From positions 9,212 through 73,211 of the forward strand of contig CAJWZJ010000006.1 of assembly GCA_913050245.1 (NCBI GenBank): DNA of 64,000 nucleotides, given 5' to 3'. Shown here piece by piece: positions 62,393 to 64,000 of the stretch. A model generated the notes under the pieces. It was not told the origin of the DNA, ran no database searches, and worked only from the letters and a program-made list of their open reading frames with translations. Each line of letters opens with the position of its first letter. Positions within the stretch are counted from its first letter, which is position 1. Source of the stretch: an uncultured bacterium (GTDB lineage Bacteria > Desulfobacterota_D > UBA1144). The translations under genes and the position numbers were made by a program.

Positions 62393-63567
62393 GAAATTTA
62401 ATTATAGGATCTGGTATAACCGGTTTAACTATTGGTAAAGTACTTACTAACAAAAAAATAGGTTTTAAAATATTAGAATCACAAAGTGAAATCGGAGGTA
62501 GGCTCCAAACAAGTTTAATATCGGGGCACTTCGTTGATGTGGGATTCCAAGTATTATTAAGAAAATATCCGGCATTAAAATTATTTCCCGAGATTAATGA
62601 GCTGGATTTTATGGATATGAAATCTGGTTTTATAATATATAAAAATGGCTCATTCTATAAAATTTTGAATCCTTTGAGAAATATTTTAGGACTGATTTAC
62701 TATAATAAATTTCCAGGGTTTTCTTTAAAGGATAAATTGTTGTTAATCAAAATTCTTACTTTATCAAAACCGTTAAATAAAGAAATAAAAACCTTGGAAT
62801 ATCTTGAAGAATATGGTTTTTCTAAAACTTTTATAAATGATTTTTTTATATCTTTTTTTCAGGGTGTTTTTCTAGATACCAAACTAAACGTTCCTCTGGA
62901 TTATTTTCTTTTTATTTTAAGACTTTTTTCATATAGTAAGGTTTCAATACCTATAGGGGGGATATCAAAAATAACTAGTGTGATTCTAGATAAAATTGAT
63001 AAAAATAAAATCATATTAAACACTGAAGTAATTAAAGTATTAGAAAACAAAGTATTGTGCTCTGATGGAAAAGAAATTACTTTTGATAAATTAATATGCA
63101 CTTCTCATATGATTGAAAAAACTTTTATAAAGAAAATTAATAAAGATATCTTTAAAGATATTAAATATAATGGAACATTGTGCTTCTATTATCTTATAAA
63201 AATTAATAATATTGAGGATAGAATAATTTATTTGTTTCCAAAATCTAATAACATTTCAAGTTTATATTTTAAAAAAATAAAAGAAGGGGAATATTTGCTC
63301 TGTATTTCAAGCTTAAACAAAAATTGTTCATATCTTGATATAGAAAATGAAATTTTTAGTTATTTTAATAAGATAGATAGTATCAAATTATTAAAAAGTT
63401 TTACTGTTAATAATGGATTACCAATTATGGAAAATTTTTATAAATATAAAAATAAATCTTTTATGAAATATTCTGACAATATATTTTTTGCAGGAGATTT
63501 TCTTTCAACTCCCTCACTTAATGGGGCCATTGAATCTGGAATAAATGTATCCGAGGTGATTTCTTAA
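62389..63567 (+). CDS. Flavin-containing amine-oxidase/desaturase-like FAD oxidoreductase
   Basis: 392 aa. LIIGSGITGLTIG…ILESQSEIGGRLQT (GxGxxG + GGR) and C-terminal FFAGDFLSTPSLNGAIESG, typical of the PF01593-like superfamily. Confidence 0.7.
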   Translation: MRNLIIGSGITGLTIGKVLTNKKIGFKILESQSEIGGRLQTSLISGHFVDVGFQVLLRKYPALKLFPEINELDFMDMKSGFIIYKNGSFYKILNPLRNILGLIYYNKFPGFSLKDKLLLIKILTLSKPLNKEIKTLEYLEEYGFSKTFINDFFISFFQGVFLDTKLNVPLDYFLFILRLFSYSKVSIPIGGISKITSVILDKIDKNKIILNTEVIKVLENKVLCSDGKEITFDKLICTSHMIEKTFIKKINKDIFKDIKYNGTLCFYYLIKINNIEDRIIYLFPKSNNISSLYFKKIKEGEYLLCISSLNKNCSYLDIENEIFSYFNKIDSIKLLKSFTVNNGLPIMENFYKYKNKSFMKYSDNIFFAGDFLSTPSLNGAIESGINVSEVIS

Positions 63568-63983
63568 TGGGTTATCTTGTTCTTTTTTATTCTAATTTAA
63601 TCGTATCTGCGATGCTTTTTGGACTTATATTGGTCATTCATTTTGTTCATTACAAATCATTTCATTTCATTGATACTGAAAAATTTGTTGAATTTCATAA
63701 CTTTCATACGACAAATATTTCATATTTAGTGATTCCGCTAATGATAATTGAAGCATTTACTTCGATTCTTATATGCTTTTTCTATTATGGATTTCTACCT
63801 TTAATAAATTTAATTCTTGTTCTTTCTATATGGCTTGTGACTTTTTCTTTCCAGGTTCCCTCTCATAAAATATTATCCAATGGTAAATCTGATAATGAGA
63901 TTAATCATCTTATAGATAAAAACTTAATAAGAGTTTTTCTTTGGCTCTTTAAAACTGTGGCGATTCTTTTGATCATATTATAG
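63567..63983 (+). CDS. Small four-TM membrane protein (138 aa), hypothetical
   Basis: Its ATG overlaps the upstream TAA by 1 nt (TAATG). Four hydrophobic segments. It is the last gene of the coupled four-gene set. Confidence 0.5.
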   Translation: MGYLVLFYSNLIVSAMLFGLILVIHFVHYKSFHFIDTEKFVEFHNFHTTNISYLVIPLMIIEAFTSILICFFYYGFLPLINLILVLSIWLVTFSFQVPSHKILSNGKSDNEINHLIDKNLIRVFLWLFKTVAILLIIL

Positions 63984-64000
63984 ACTTATCTTTAAGATCT

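Overview
This 64-kb window is an AT-rich (about 30% G+C by eye, not computed), very gene-dense bacterial chromosome segment. It looks like a streamlined, probably marine planktonic, proteobacterium-like genome, but the taxon cannot be fixed from sequence alone. I support about 68 protein-coding genes, nearly all core housekeeping:
- aroK', ribE, lspA, greA, carB, thiC, tsaD, gltB, thiD, folD, folK, secA, smc, thiSG, htrA, fmt, nadK
- prfB (with its programmed +1 frameshift), fldA, aroC, queA, argG, pgeF, rluD, birA
- rodA-mrdA-mreDCB, efp, prs, rplY, pth, hppA, ychF, rpsF-rpsR-rplI, rsmA, dacB, polA, grxD, bolA

I found no rRNA, tRNA, CRISPR array, transposase, integrase, phage genes or recognisable defence or toxin-antitoxin genes. 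No gap is large enough to hide a structured RNA gene. I see no clear-cut novel system.

The best candidates for undescribed biology are modest:
1. A tightly coupled four-gene operon at 60.4-64.0 kb. Two flavoproteins alternate with two polytopic membrane proteins, one possibly a degenerate M48-like protein. It lies divergent from an Nramp-fold transporter that lacks the DPGN metal site.
2. A secreted protein made of four tandem repeats of about 100-130 aa, sitting at the head of the mreBCD-mrdA-rodA cluster.
3. An EF-P whose modified tip residue (Lys34/Arg) is Gln in a gapless alignment, preceded by a coupled GYD / 57-aa membrane microprotein / SirC-like trio.
4. Small orphan ORFs translationally coupled to secA and nadK.

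Smaller regulatory observations:
- an SD-occluding hairpin in the rpsF leader
- a Fur-box-like operator over a good fldA promoter
- a structured gltB leader
- no TPP riboswitch at any of three thiamine loci
- overlap or abutment at all nine convergent gene junctions

All functional calls come from motif recognition by eye, not from database searches.
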